Below, piece after piece: positions 28,142 through 39,400 of a DNA stretch of 64,000 nt. The stretch's first letter is position 1. Each line of letters starts with the position of its first letter. The translations under genes and the position numbers were made by a program. Under the pieces are notes generated by a model that was not told the origin of the DNA, did not search any database, and saw nothing but the letters and a program-made list of their open reading frames with translations. The DNA lies in the IMG/VR virus record IMGVR_UViG_3300033145_003233, positions 434,001 through 498,000 of that record. One strand, 5' to 3'.

Positions 28142-30247
28142 TTAACTTAAAGTATTTATATTAAAACCATCATCATCAAAATAAATTGGATCAAAATCAA
28201 CATTCTTAACTATCTCCCAATTCTGACTAGTTGGGAGAGTGGAGTCACGATCTCCATTTTCATCTATAAAAATTAACTCATGATTAAATTGATTTATCAA
28301 ATAACCAGTTATAATAGTTACCCCCTTAGCATGAGCACAAACAACCATCTTTTCATCAGGAGATTTATTAATTTTATTGATCGGGAAAAAAGTTCTTGGA
28401 ACAGTACTTCTCATTGCTGGATTTCCAGATCCTATAGCTAGAATAGTGCTACTTTCATTCGTATTATCCGGATTTAACCCGAACATATATTTACCGTTAA
28501 CATATCCCCTTAATGATACAATTTCATTGTCCCCAAATTCCATAAAATCATGAAATTGCATATTAGCATATTCGCTAGAAACCCCCGGCAAGAAATAACC
28601 AGAAACAGTATAAGATAAATATTTGTAATGAATAGCAAAAGCATTAGCAGCATATGATGCCATTTCTAACTTCTTTATACTAGATTCTTGTGTAAAGATT
28701 CCTGCTCCGTCAATCACTAACTCTCTATTTAAATATATCTTTATATCATTATTCTTGCCAGCTGCTGTTAATACGCTAGCAACTGTAGTAGTAACTTCAT
28801 AATCTATCTGAGAACCAGAAATTAATCTTATCTTGCCATTATATAATCTTATCTCCGCAAATCTATCTCCATCATTAATCCTAATAACATGATAATCAGT
28901 TACATTCCCACTTTGATCATCGTTATTGCTATTAGTAGATGGAACTAGAAACAATGTCTCTAATGTCCACCCAGTAGAGTTAGAAACCCCTTCCTCCCAT
29001 CTACTTCCAGTAGTTCTAAAATGTATAGATGAATATTTATCAAAAGACTGGATATCGCTTACAGCAACAGATATATAATAATCCCTTCCTCTTTGCAACA
29101 AATTAGGAGGTATTGTAAATGAGTCCCTATTATAATTAATAACAGTAGAATAGACATTATCTGATTCATAAAATGTGCCTATCTTTATAGATACATAATT
29201 AATCTCTTTGCCATCAGGAACGTATGACTTCCATTTAACTAGTGGAGTAATAGACGATATTTTTAATGGATTTTGACCCCCATCTACAACCATATTAAAA
29301 ACAATAAAATCGCTAGCTACTATAGTTTCTATTTCTGAAGAGGTATAAGAACCACCATCTTCATGTTTTACTTCAAATCTAATTGTGTCTCCCACAATTA
29401 TATCTGGTCTAATATATTGTTGATTATTTAAACTTACAATAAGCAAATCATTAATATACCAACGTATTAAAACATTTTCTTGTTCTATTTCATTACTAGC
29501 AAGATAATCGGCCTTTAAAAAATCATTAGGATTAGGATTCTTTGGTAAAATTTTAAGATTAGAAACAGTAACAGCAGTTTTGCTAACTTTAACATGTGGA
29601 GAAGTAACTCTAGAACCGCATTCATAACCATCTGAAGGATAAATATCTACATTCCATAAATCTCCATTCTGTAAAAAATATGACTGAATAGCAACGGCAT
29701 TGTCAAATTGCCTTTGATATACACCATTTTTAAACCATCTTATTATAGTTCCGCTTTCGATATCCCCATCATCATCATTAAATACATAATTTAACTCTAA
29801 ATCATCTGTAGCAGAAGGAGTTGAAGGAACAATACTAGCATTCGTAACATATGGTAATGAATTATATACAAAAGAGAACGTTACCCATCCACTAGTTTTA
29901 TTAGTTTCATCAGTTACTTGAATTTGACCATAATAAGCTTCTCCTCTTTCTATCGGAACCCCAGAATACTCCCAGAAATGCTCTTGGCTAGTCACCTCTC
30001 CAGTTTGAACTCTATTCCCGACAAAAGAATCTCTTCCTATATTGATACTAGATGCCGATATCCTAATCTCATAAGTTTCTTGAGGATATTCCCCGATAGT
30101 AGTGATAATACCATCATCATCAACTAAAACCTTGTCCACTAACTCAAAGTCCCAACTTAAAGTTGGATATTCCTCCGCAATCTTAACAGGTGTTTCATAA
30201 CTAGTAATAGATTGATTACTTACTTTTAATGATAAATCTATAGCCAT
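28142..30247 (-). CDS. Virion structural protein: FN3-like, two IRWxxNG Ig-like domains, ConA-like domain
   Basis: NSLPYVTNASIVP...DDDGDIESGTIIRWFKNG...GDLWNVDIYPSDG; GWTLE...INDGDR ConA-like block shared with 22210..28125. Confidence 0.62.
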   Translation of the reverse strand: MAIDLSLKVSNQSITSYETPVKIAEEYPTLSWDFELVDKVLVDDDGIITTIGEYPQETYEIRISASSINIGRDSFVGNRVQTGEVTSQEHFWEYSGVPIERGEAYYGQIQVTDETNKTSGWVTFSFVYNSLPYVTNASIVPSTPSATDDLELNYVFNDDDGDIESGTIIRWFKNGVYQRQFDNAVAIQSYFLQNGDLWNVDIYPSDGYECGSRVTSPHVKVSKTAVTVSNLKILPKNPNPNDFLKADYLASNEIEQENVLIRWYINDLLIVSLNNQQYIRPDIIVGDTIRFEVKHEDGGSYTSSEIETIVASDFIVFNMVVDGGQNPLKISSITPLVKWKSYVPDGKEINYVSIKIGTFYESDNVYSTVINYNRDSFTIPPNLLQRGRDYYISVAVSDIQSFDKYSSIHFRTTGSRWEEGVSNSTGWTLETLFLVPSTNSNNDDQSGNVTDYHVIRINDGDRFAEIRLYNGKIRLISGSQIDYEVTTTVASVLTAAGKNNDIKIYLNRELVIDGAGIFTQESSIKKLEMASYAANAFAIHYKYLSYTVSGYFLPGVSSEYANMQFHDFMEFGDNEIVSLRGYVNGKYMFGLNPDNTNESSTILAIGSGNPAMRSTVPRTFFPINKINKSPDEKMVVCAHAKGVTIITGYLINQFNHELIFIDENGDRDSTLPTSQNWEIVKNVDFDPIYFDDDGFNINTLS

Positions 30248-30248
30248 T

Positions 30249-31226
30249 TTATAACCTTATAGTTTTATTCCTAAGCTCTAAAAATCCGTTTTCGATAGAA
30301 CTGTCCCCTACCGACAAGTCCAATACATCTTCTTCATTAGGATCAGAAAAAATTCTTCTATTCTCCCATAATAAAGGAGACCCTCTCAATATTTTTCCAT
30401 CATTTCTCCCCAAATAAACATAACTCATATCATCTATAGATGTAGTAACAGTTATAGTATCAGGATTGTTAAAATATATGCTAAATTTTTCTATGTACGT
30501 GTCGGTATATGTATCATTCACTACATATATTATACCATCATTAATTGCTCTTTGTATATCTGCCTCATTCCTATCAGTTACATTAAGAACAAATATATCT
30601 GAGATATAGCCATAATTTTTTGCCACATTATAAGCATAGCCGTCCAAACTATGATTTATATATAAGTCTAGAGAAGAACCATTTATAGTTGCTGGTAACG
30701 ATCCAGATACTCTCTGAAGAATTTGAAGCTTCCCATCAATATAAATATACAAAGCACTTCCATTATAAGTAATCCAGAAATAATGCCACATACCAGGAGC
30801 ATAATCCTCGGACGATCCCGAATAAACCTCATTATTAAACAACACTGTAAGATAATTGTATCCATCTGAAGTCGTAGTTTCTGTTAGTTTTATAATAGAT
30901 ACATTAGCACTACTTGTGTCATTAAAATTAAGCAATGGCATAGTAACAGAAAAAGGATCTCCCGTATCCTCATGAGGAACTAGTCCAGGATTAACTGGGT
31001 ACAGCCAAAAACCTAATGTAAAAGCATTACTTATATCCATAGGATAACCCGCAAGGGCAAGACCTTCGCCTAATAAATATTGGTCGTCCCTCATTGCATA
31101 CCCACCGCCATCTAATATTTGTGCAGAAATATTTGTGCCCTGTGGGGCCATATATGTCTGACTTACCTCCTCATAAAATGACGAAGTTTGAAATCTTAAT
31201 AATAATTTAGCAGAATCTATAAACAT
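30249..31226 (-). CDS. LamG/concanavalin A-like domain protein
   Basis: FTLGFWLYP...MWHYFWITYNGSALYIYIDGK...GYISDIFV. The likely start is ATG 31226 (TAA-A-ATG junction); the track starts at GTG 31235. Confidence 0.72.
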   Translation of the reverse strand: MFIDSAKLLLRFQTSSFYEEVSQTYMAPQGTNISAQILDGGGYAMRDDQYLLGEGLALAGYPMDISNAFTLGFWLYPVNPGLVPHEDTGDPFSVTMPLLNFNDTSSANVSIIKLTETTTSDGYNYLTVLFNNEVYSGSSEDYAPGMWHYFWITYNGSALYIYIDGKLQILQRVSGSLPATINGSSLDLYINHSLDGYAYNVAKNYGYISDIFVLNVTDRNEADIQRAINDGIIYVVNDTYTDTYIEKFSIYFNNPDTITVTTSIDDMSYVYLGRNDGKILRGSPLLWENRRIFSDPNEEDVLDLSVGDSSIENGFLELRNKTIRL

Positions 31227-31227
31227 T

Positions 31228-32232
31228 TTACTCACTCACGCTATATTTAATATCCAATGTAATATCATCAATATTAAAAGCTTCAGCCCCTTTTTCCAAA
31301 GTTCTTTCAAGCCATATATAAACTACATCATTAACACCCAAATCACTAACAACAGGAAAACTACCCTCAGAAGCGAATCTAACTGGGGATGTCTCAGTTG
31401 GAGAACTAAACGGCAAAACATCATTACCAGTAGTAATTGGAGAAACAGTCCCAGTTTTAATCCTTTGAGCAGGAGCAGAATAAACCTCATAAGACACATT
31501 AGTAGTATAATCATAACTAGCAGATAAAGAGCTATAAAAAGTAAAAGTTCCAGTTACATTATCAAAACTACTAATTATTTTTCCCTGACCTGTTGCTCCT
31601 CCACTCAATATTTTTAAATAAGCTTCTTGAAAATAATTATCCGAATACAACCCTATAAGAGAAGTATCTATTACTTGCATCGTGCTCCAACTTGTAGATG
31701 TGCTTAACAAATACTGATTTGACGGTCTTTCCAATGCTATTTTAATATTAGCATCAGGACCCCTACTATTCTGTTTTAAATATATTGAAATATTATAAGC
31801 AGTTCTCTCCCAAGACGGATCAGAAGATGAAACATTTTTAGCAACAAGACATCTATATTGCTTATGATCATCATTAAAAACGTTGTTAAATATTTCTTTT
31901 GCAGATGAAGCCATAACTAAATCATTTTCTATATGCATATTAATTATGCCATTATATCCTCTTTCAACTACTGAAACAGAACCATTAGAAATAGGAGAAA
32001 CCCTAATAACCTCATTCCCTATATTGATATATTCTATATTTTGCCACTCTATCCAGTTCCCAGAAGATGGAGTAGATAAATTTATAGAAGTATCATATAA
32101 ACCTATAGTAGAAGCTAATTCGGTTTCTGGATACAACAAAGAATCGCTAGCATATCCTCCGATGGATTGAGAATAAATCGTCTGAGACATATTAGGCTCC
32201 AAACTAGTCAAATATAATTTAATAGTTGCCAT
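31228..32232 (-). CDS. Phage tail-associated structural protein (SxGG...FxxV...YRC...IWxxR type) with two inserted small modules
   Basis: QSIGGYAS...IFNNVFNDDHKQYRCLVAKN...VYIWLERTL resembles a recurring phage tail-protein family. The inserts IGNEVIRV...ERGYNG...H and DTSL...LKILSGGATGQGKIISSF are modules often seen in phage tail proteins. Confidence 0.5.
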   Translation of the reverse strand: MATIKLYLTSLEPNMSQTIYSQSIGGYASDSLLYPETELASTIGLYDTSINLSTPSSGNWIEWQNIEYINIGNEVIRVSPISNGSVSVVERGYNGIINMHIENDLVMASSAKEIFNNVFNDDHKQYRCLVAKNVSSSDPSWERTAYNISIYLKQNSRGPDANIKIALERPSNQYLLSTSTSWSTMQVIDTSLIGLYSDNYFQEAYLKILSGGATGQGKIISSFDNVTGTFTFYSSLSASYDYTTNVSYEVYSAPAQRIKTGTVSPITTGNDVLPFSSPTETSPVRFASEGSFPVVSDLGVNDVVYIWLERTLEKGAEAFNIDDITLDIKYSVSE

Positions 32233-32233
32233 T

Positions 32234-33778
32234 TTAATTTCCCGTATCTATCATAGTAAAAGTATAATTGCTACTAGCATCTTTGTCCATAACCATAATT
32301 TCAGATGAATTACTAAAGAATATATATAGAACATTTCCATCAGTTTTTATCTTATAAATATTTCTAGCATTCAAATATGAGCTATGTTCTGTAGAAATAG
32401 TAGATCCACCAAAGCTCAATAATATACCATTTTCTAAACCTAGAAATAACTTATTATCAAATACTTCCATAGAGTTAATAACAGAATCCGAAAAATATAA
32501 TGAATTTAAAGTAGCATTATCGGCATCTAAATATTGACTATCATTATCCGCTACCGATTCTACTTCCGAGACATTAAATCTCTGCAAGATACCTTTATTA
32601 TCACTATCTTTTATCGCTATATATAACATACTATTATAAAATTTTAATGAAGTAGCATCTCCATCTAAAGTAGATAATAATGTTAAATTTTTATACAATT
32701 GAGCATTAGCAGTAGAACTCAAAGCAAACGCCATATATAAATCACCATCAATATTATCATACAACAAAGATGTTACTTCTCTATCTCCTAAATTTTTATA
32801 AGTTCTAAAATAATTAGCATTAGGATCATTATAAATCATATTCCCGGCATAATCTTTAAATCTTACTTTAATCAATTTAACTCCATCATCTCCAGAGACA
32901 TCCCATGTAGACCACGAAGTTACATCCGCAAAGTCACCAGACTCTGGCTGCTCCTCTACCCCTACATCTTCTTGTTCAATTCTAAATTCCTTAACCGCGC
33001 TTGTTTTATCATAAAAATTCAAATTAACGATAAGATTTCTTTCCTTAATATATTCAGTATTGTCTGATATTTTAATAGTTCCTTTAGGTGGGGTAGTATC
33101 AATAAGAAAATAATTTATATTATTAATAATCAAATCACTTATAAAAACAGGAGATGACACATTTATATCATCTACCAACTCTATCTTTAGAGAATAGTCA
33201 GAAGCCGTAGAAAAACCGCTAACATCTAAATCAAATGGATCTGAACCAACCATAATATTGCTACGAAGCAAGGTCCAGTCTATGCCTAGACTTTCTGAAC
33301 TATAGTAAATTTGATAAAAAGATCTCTGAGAACATCTGCCCAGAATAGAACTATGATCAAATACAATAGGGATATACGAATAATAAGTAGCTCTCTGTTG
33401 AGGCTCAACCATAGATGGAGATGGCAATTCTTTATTAATAATGGCAAAATCAGCAGCAGAAAAAGATACTTTACTCCTCAATCCCTCATGATTAACCGCC
33501 CTGATACCAACTCGACACTGATTACCCTTAAGATTTTTATGTATGTTATAGGAATAAGAGGAATTTCCATATGGAATAGTAGCTATATGTAATAACTCCG
33601 GTTTTTTGTCGGCATCGTAAAAATCTGTAATAAATATTTCGTACCATAACATTTCCGAAGAAGGGACATTAGACGGTTCTATCCATTGAATACTTGCAAC
33701 TCCATCTGCCAATATCTCTCCACCATTAGGATATATAATCGTAGGAGCATCAGTTAATATGTTAAAAAGAACAGCCAT
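32234..33778 (-). CDS. Ig-like domain structural protein with C-terminal propeller blades
   Basis: PTIIYPNGGE...IQW; DTTPPKGTIKI...GDDGVKLIKVRFKDYAGN. AAGGTGA SD. Confidence 0.6.
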   Translation of the reverse strand: MAVLFNILTDAPTIIYPNGGEILADGVASIQWIEPSNVPSSEMLWYEIFITDFYDADKKPELLHIATIPYGNSSYSYNIHKNLKGNQCRVGIRAVNHEGLRSKVSFSAADFAIINKELPSPSMVEPQQRATYYSYIPIVFDHSSILGRCSQRSFYQIYYSSESLGIDWTLLRSNIMVGSDPFDLDVSGFSTASDYSLKIELVDDINVSSPVFISDLIINNINYFLIDTTPPKGTIKISDNTEYIKERNLIVNLNFYDKTSAVKEFRIEQEDVGVEEQPESGDFADVTSWSTWDVSGDDGVKLIKVRFKDYAGNMIYNDPNANYFRTYKNLGDREVTSLLYDNIDGDLYMAFALSSTANAQLYKNLTLLSTLDGDATSLKFYNSMLYIAIKDSDNKGILQRFNVSEVESVADNDSQYLDADNATLNSLYFSDSVINSMEVFDNKLFLGLENGILLSFGGSTISTEHSSYLNARNIYKIKTDGNVLYIFFSNSSEIMVMDKDASSNYTFTMIDTGN

Positions 33779-33788
33779 TCATATCACC

Positions 33789-36488
33789 TTATAAATTTTT
33801 AAAATATAATGGATTCCCAAATTTAAAATTATTATCATCCTGATCATAATATTGTTTAAATCCATCTATATTTAATACCTTAGATATTCTAGAAGTTTTA
33901 TATTTTTCATAAATCTCCTCAGGAGTCAAATCCTTGTTAGTAGCTATCTCACTATCACTAACCATCAAATTATAAAGATCAGAAGAATCGGGAAGACAAC
34001 CTTCCTGCCTAAGAGAATCTGGAAAAATAAGATCCACAAAAGCAGTTCCATCTTTATTAAATACTCCATCTTCTTCCGAGATAGTAAAAGAACCTGTAAA
34101 TGTTTTATGGTCTCCACTATTAATAAGAGTTTCTCCCCATTTATCATTGATACCCTGTTGCACAACATTAAATTTAATTGGATTAGTATCGCTATATGGA
34201 ATATGAGGAGTAACACTTTCATTATAATAAATAGGTTCGCTAAATATAACTTCAAACTCTATTGTAGATATAATAGTATTATCACTATCTCTTTTCAAAG
34301 ATAACACATATTGCCCATTATACATAGGAAATTCATATCTTTCAGAACCTATGCTATAATAAAATCTAAACACATGCTGAACAATATCAAAATTAACAAA
34401 AATTTCTAAACAGAAAGTATTAGTAATACCATACATCGTTAATACTTGACAACATATTCTTCTTATACCATTAACCTTATCTATCTTCCAAGGAACAATA
34501 AATCTAGAATTATCTATCCTATATGCATCATATAATATATCTTCATCCGTGATGTCATCTGTAACATCAGTAGGAGTATTGGGATTATAATATAAATTAT
34601 TATCAATATTAATCCACCCTCCCCAATTCTGATCATTAATATTCCTTAATCTAATAGCATAAGCCCCCTGAATGCCATCTATATCTAATCTTATCGACTG
34701 TTTAACTACAACAGGAACCACTTTATCATCATTAATTACTAATGATTTATCTACATCTTCTTCATATACTCTTACCTTGATTGTGTCATAAGAACTATCC
34801 AGATAAGTAATTAAGCCAGGATTGCATAAGCTCTCAAACGAAGCTGTTGGGCTATCAGTTGTTACCACTCCCTCCAAACTAATCGGTAAAGGACAAGCAT
34901 TGTACAATATTCGGTCTATTACGCTCCCCGCAATATAAAAGTTATTAGACTGATCGGTAATTACAATAGGATTATTAACAGAACTATTGTCCTTAATATA
35001 TAATTTGTCATACATCCCTTGGCCTGAAGAATATAACAAATCCTGAGAAGAGTCCCACATCGATCCATATATGCCTCCAACGCTGTTTCTTCTGCTCTGC
35101 CATATTATTTGAAAAATACCGAATATATTAGAAGATACATCCGAGAAAACAGATTGATCAGAACTATCAGTAACTTTTAAATCAGCCTTACCCTGACCAC
35201 TACTCAACCAATTATTAGCATCTTTATTATAACTCCATGAATATAAATCAACATCCTCACAATCTAAAATAAGAGAAATCGTCTCTAAAAAATTAAGATT
35301 TTGTTCTACAACATCATAAATTTCTACATCTATATAATATTGATTACCACAAATCAAAGGTGTCTCAAATATATCACTATTATTTATACGATGTGTCTTT
35401 TGAATTTCCGTAAATTGATGAGGTAATATTTCTGGATCATAAACAATATTCATTGTTGTTCCAGTATCAATCGTAACTCCGCTAGGAGGTATCTGTACAA
35501 AACTGCCATTATCATAAAACCATCTCTTATTATCAAGTAACGATGATGCCGAATATATTAAATCATTTTTAGAAGAATCAGAATAAAAATTAGCTCTAAA
35601 ATGAAAAAGAGTGCTAGACGAAGAATTACTACAACCAAACGAAACAATATTATCTTGATATGTCTCAGACGGACAATAGAACAAGGAGACATTGGCCGTT
35701 TCATAAGCTGGGATAGGTTCAAAAACGACAGTTACAGCCCTGTCTATAGACATATTAACAGTTAACAATACTCCGTGTTCTGAAATCCCGCTATCTAAAT
35801 CATATTGCCATTCTTTAAAATAATATCCATTAGCAGGAATAGGATTCAAATTCAAAATAAAATAATCACAATATTCTCCAGATGGTGGAGACACCGATCC
35901 CTTACCAACTATATTAACAACAAGATCATTAGTTGTACAAGGTCCAGTTGGTGTAAAATTAACTACAATTCTTCTTGATGAATATCCTATTAATGTAAAA
36001 TCTACATAAGCAGCAGTCGTCCCTAAATCAACTCCATCTAATTCCCAACTATCTATCTCCCATTCATCCGATGGTGTAGCAGAAACCCTAACCTGAGTAG
36101 CAACTAATAAAATACTGCCGCCTGCACAATTCACTGTGTAACCAGTAGGACTTGACAATTCTATACAACCATTACCGCTACCCACTTCTAATATTAAGTT
36201 AACATCCGGATGTTTAAATGAAACTGTCACATCTACATCTTGAGAAGGCATTAATATGGTTACAACATCTTGACCAGCAGTAGGTGTTGTGAAAACACCA
36301 TCAACAGTGCTATCCCAATCATCTACTTCCCATCCACTATCAGGCTGTGCTTTTAATTCAATAAAAACACCTTCTGTATAATTTGTAGCACATGATTCGC
36401 CTGGGGCCTTCCATGCATAACTACACCCAGGTTGCTGAATAGATCCCAGCCCCTCATCCACACTAGTTATTAAACAATATTCTGCCAT
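33789..36488 (-). CDS. Structural protein with three InlB-B/Flg_new-type repeats, an HFRxxFYxD domain and propeller blades
   Basis: LKAQPDSGWEVDDW...DVTVSF, VSATPSDEWEIDSW and PIPANGYYFKEW...AVTVVF; FHFRANFYSD. AAGGA SD. Confidence 0.65.
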   Translation of the reverse strand: MAEYCLITSVDEGLGSIQQPGCSYAWKAPGESCATNYTEGVFIELKAQPDSGWEVDDWDSTVDGVFTTPTAGQDVVTILMPSQDVDVTVSFKHPDVNLILEVGSGNGCIELSSPTGYTVNCAGGSILLVATQVRVSATPSDEWEIDSWELDGVDLGTTAAYVDFTLIGYSSRRIVVNFTPTGPCTTNDLVVNIVGKGSVSPPSGEYCDYFILNLNPIPANGYYFKEWQYDLDSGISEHGVLLTVNMSIDRAVTVVFEPIPAYETANVSLFYCPSETYQDNIVSFGCSNSSSSTLFHFRANFYSDSSKNDLIYSASSLLDNKRWFYDNGSFVQIPPSGVTIDTGTTMNIVYDPEILPHQFTEIQKTHRINNSDIFETPLICGNQYYIDVEIYDVVEQNLNFLETISLILDCEDVDLYSWSYNKDANNWLSSGQGKADLKVTDSSDQSVFSDVSSNIFGIFQIIWQSRRNSVGGIYGSMWDSSQDLLYSSGQGMYDKLYIKDNSSVNNPIVITDQSNNFYIAGSVIDRILYNACPLPISLEGVVTTDSPTASFESLCNPGLITYLDSSYDTIKVRVYEEDVDKSLVINDDKVVPVVVKQSIRLDIDGIQGAYAIRLRNINDQNWGGWINIDNNLYYNPNTPTDVTDDITDEDILYDAYRIDNSRFIVPWKIDKVNGIRRICCQVLTMYGITNTFCLEIFVNFDIVQHVFRFYYSIGSERYEFPMYNGQYVLSLKRDSDNTIISTIEFEVIFSEPIYYNESVTPHIPYSDTNPIKFNVVQQGINDKWGETLINSGDHKTFTGSFTISEEDGVFNKDGTAFVDLIFPDSLRQEGCLPDSSDLYNLMVSDSEIATNKDLTPEEIYEKYKTSRISKVLNIDGFKQYYDQDDNNFKFGNPLYFKNL

Positions 36489-36498
36489 TAACTATCCT

Positions 36499-39400
36499 TT
36501 AAGTAACCGAATATAATAATTTAGCATAAAGAACCATATCAAAAATCTCATCATCTTTATGCGGCCTATAAGAAATAGACACAGTGTCCCCATTATTTAA
36601 AACCACCCCTAGAAGATTATCATCTGCATCATATGATAAACTCATAGAATCACCGTTAAGAAACCACCTATTTTCTGCTCCCTCAATTGATATAGTCTTA
36701 TACAAATTAGTAAGAGAGCTATCATGATAAAATTCTATTGAAAAGTTATAAGCACCACTCAAATCTACTTCAAATTCAAACGACACAAGACATTCAACAA
36801 TATAATCTTTAAATGCATCCAGCATCTTTCTTTCGCATTTATCCTCATCGCATGAGTAGCCACTTAAAGAACGAGCAGCATAAATATTATAATTTCCATC
36901 TCGATCATCATGCCATGTTATCATTCTAGAACCATTCCTATTTACCGAAACAGATGGTCTCAAACTATTACTCTCAGTGTTAGTTATCTTAGTGTCATAT
37001 CTAAACGGAGAAAGCTTATCAACAGAATTAGTATAAAATATATTCCAATATCTGTCCCTATTAGATTGCCAAGATAGATGAAGATCATTACATGTCCCCC
37101 CACTTACATCAACCGATTGATTAATACCCTCTATAGTAATAGGCACTTGCAGAAAACCATTATTAGAATATATTTTCTTAAAGTAAACAATGAAAGACCA
37201 GCTGCTATCATCTCCTCCAGATTCAACAGTCACGCTAATAATATCATATGATATTATATCTACATCAAAATTAAACCCCTGAGAAACAACCGGAGTAGAT
37301 ATAAACCCAGTATCATATAGAACAGTGCTACCAGCAGCTATAATTATTCTATCAGCTATGCTCGCCGCATCAAATTCTACACTAATTTTATCTATATCTT
37401 CGACATCATAAACAGAGTAAAAATTATTTCCAGCTAAGTCATACGATGACGCATAAGAAACAATATCCTCTTCTGCTCTAAAATTCAAACTTAACAGATT
37501 ATTAGATGGATTATAACGAGTTGTATTATCGGGGAGATTAATAGATGACTCATCGATTACTCTTAATTCCGTACTGTCCTGAACAGAAACAGGCAAATTG
37601 ATAATAGCACTATTATGAGCGAAAGTAGGAGAAGTAATCCGAACATCATTAATCTCCAAATTCATAGAGACGTTTTCAAAAACACCAAATTTGCTCGGAG
37701 ACATCTTATCGGCAACATAATAACCGCCATACGGAACCCCAAATCCCAAATCAAAATAATTATAATCATCAGACAATGTAGAAATAAAAGATTGAGAAAA
37801 CTTAGGAGCATCATCTATCAACAAAGTAATCGTGCCTATAAATTTATTATTATAAGTTCTGTCATAAGTATCTAAAACATTAGCAACCTCGTCTGAACCT
37901 ATACTTTTATAATTAAGAATAATAGTATAAGATGATAACTCATTAATTTCTAATATCTCTGGAAATTCTCTTACTATGATATAATCAGATCTCTCATCAC
38001 TTATATCTTCTGTTTTTATAAGGACCACTAATTTTGCCCTACCAGTAAAAATAACTTCTGTTTCTTCTGGAGTATAAGGATCTCCGTAACCACGGTCATA
38101 ATAAGCAGAAGGTGTTTCTATATTAGTAGCTCTAAAATATGATTTCTCAAAAAGCAATCCTAAAGAAAAATCTTTAAGATTATTATCACTCTTTAAAATT
38201 TCTATCCTAAATCTCTCTGTAGACGGATCTGGAGTATCTTTATATGACCCGATTATAGGAATAATCCTATCAAAGATATTATCGCTTTTACCTATTACAA
38301 ATTTATTATTATTTTTCACATATACCGGCTGATTATCTACATTCTCATCAATAGAAACTGTAAAACCATCCTTCCATGAATCAAATAATTTATCTATTTC
38401 TTTCTCTTCAATAATTATTCCATTATAGTCATCATCAGAGACTATAGAATTTGATTGATTAACAGTTGCCGCTAGTTTAAAAGACATCTGATAATTAAAT
38501 TGAGAATATGGAAAAACACCGAGAACACTAGGGTTATCAACAGAAGTTACTATCTCAAGCGGAAGAAAGGCCATCGCCTCTTCATCCACAGGATTAACCG
38601 TAATTAAAAGATCATTTAAATCTCCCGAAGAAGATCTTTCTGTAACGCTACCTATTGTATCTTCCTCAATCGCCCAGGCAACGGGAACTAAATCACTCGT
38701 CTCATATTCAGGTATAGGATTAGAACCACTCCCAACTACCCTTTCCATGGACGGGATATCGATAGAACTAAATGATTTAGTATCAGTAGATGAAAATTCT
38801 GCATATTTATCCACATAAGAAGAAACAGAAGATGAGACCAAAGATGGAGAAGAAGGGCCTATAACTCCATAATATATTTGACATATATCTCCCCTATTAC
38901 TTTCCCAAACAATATGCAAGTTATTAATAGAATCTGTATATGCCCGTGGATTTTTATTATTCCCGGTATCTGTTAATTGTTCCCATCCATAATTTTCACT
39001 ATCAAATAAAGATGTTCTCCCAGCAGAAAAAGAATAGAAAAATAATTGACTCTTAGTTTCTGCAACAGCTTCAGCTATCAGATAAACATATGTTTCTTCT
39101 TCTAATCCCACATATTTACTATTAGAAGCAACGCTAATATTTATAGTTTGAAGGTAATTGCCGCTACCGTCCCTGATATAAGGAATAGTTATACCATCCA
39201 AATACAAAGATGGATATATCGAAGAGCGATAAAAAACAGCATTAACGCAAAATAACCAATTGCTTATTTTAACATTAGTATTACCAACTTCTCCGGTAAG
39301 AGTCCTGACCCCAGTATATTCATCTGTCGTTCTTTCTACAATCTTAATACGTTGAAATCCTATCATCGCATTAAACAAAACAACATAAATATCTGAAACC

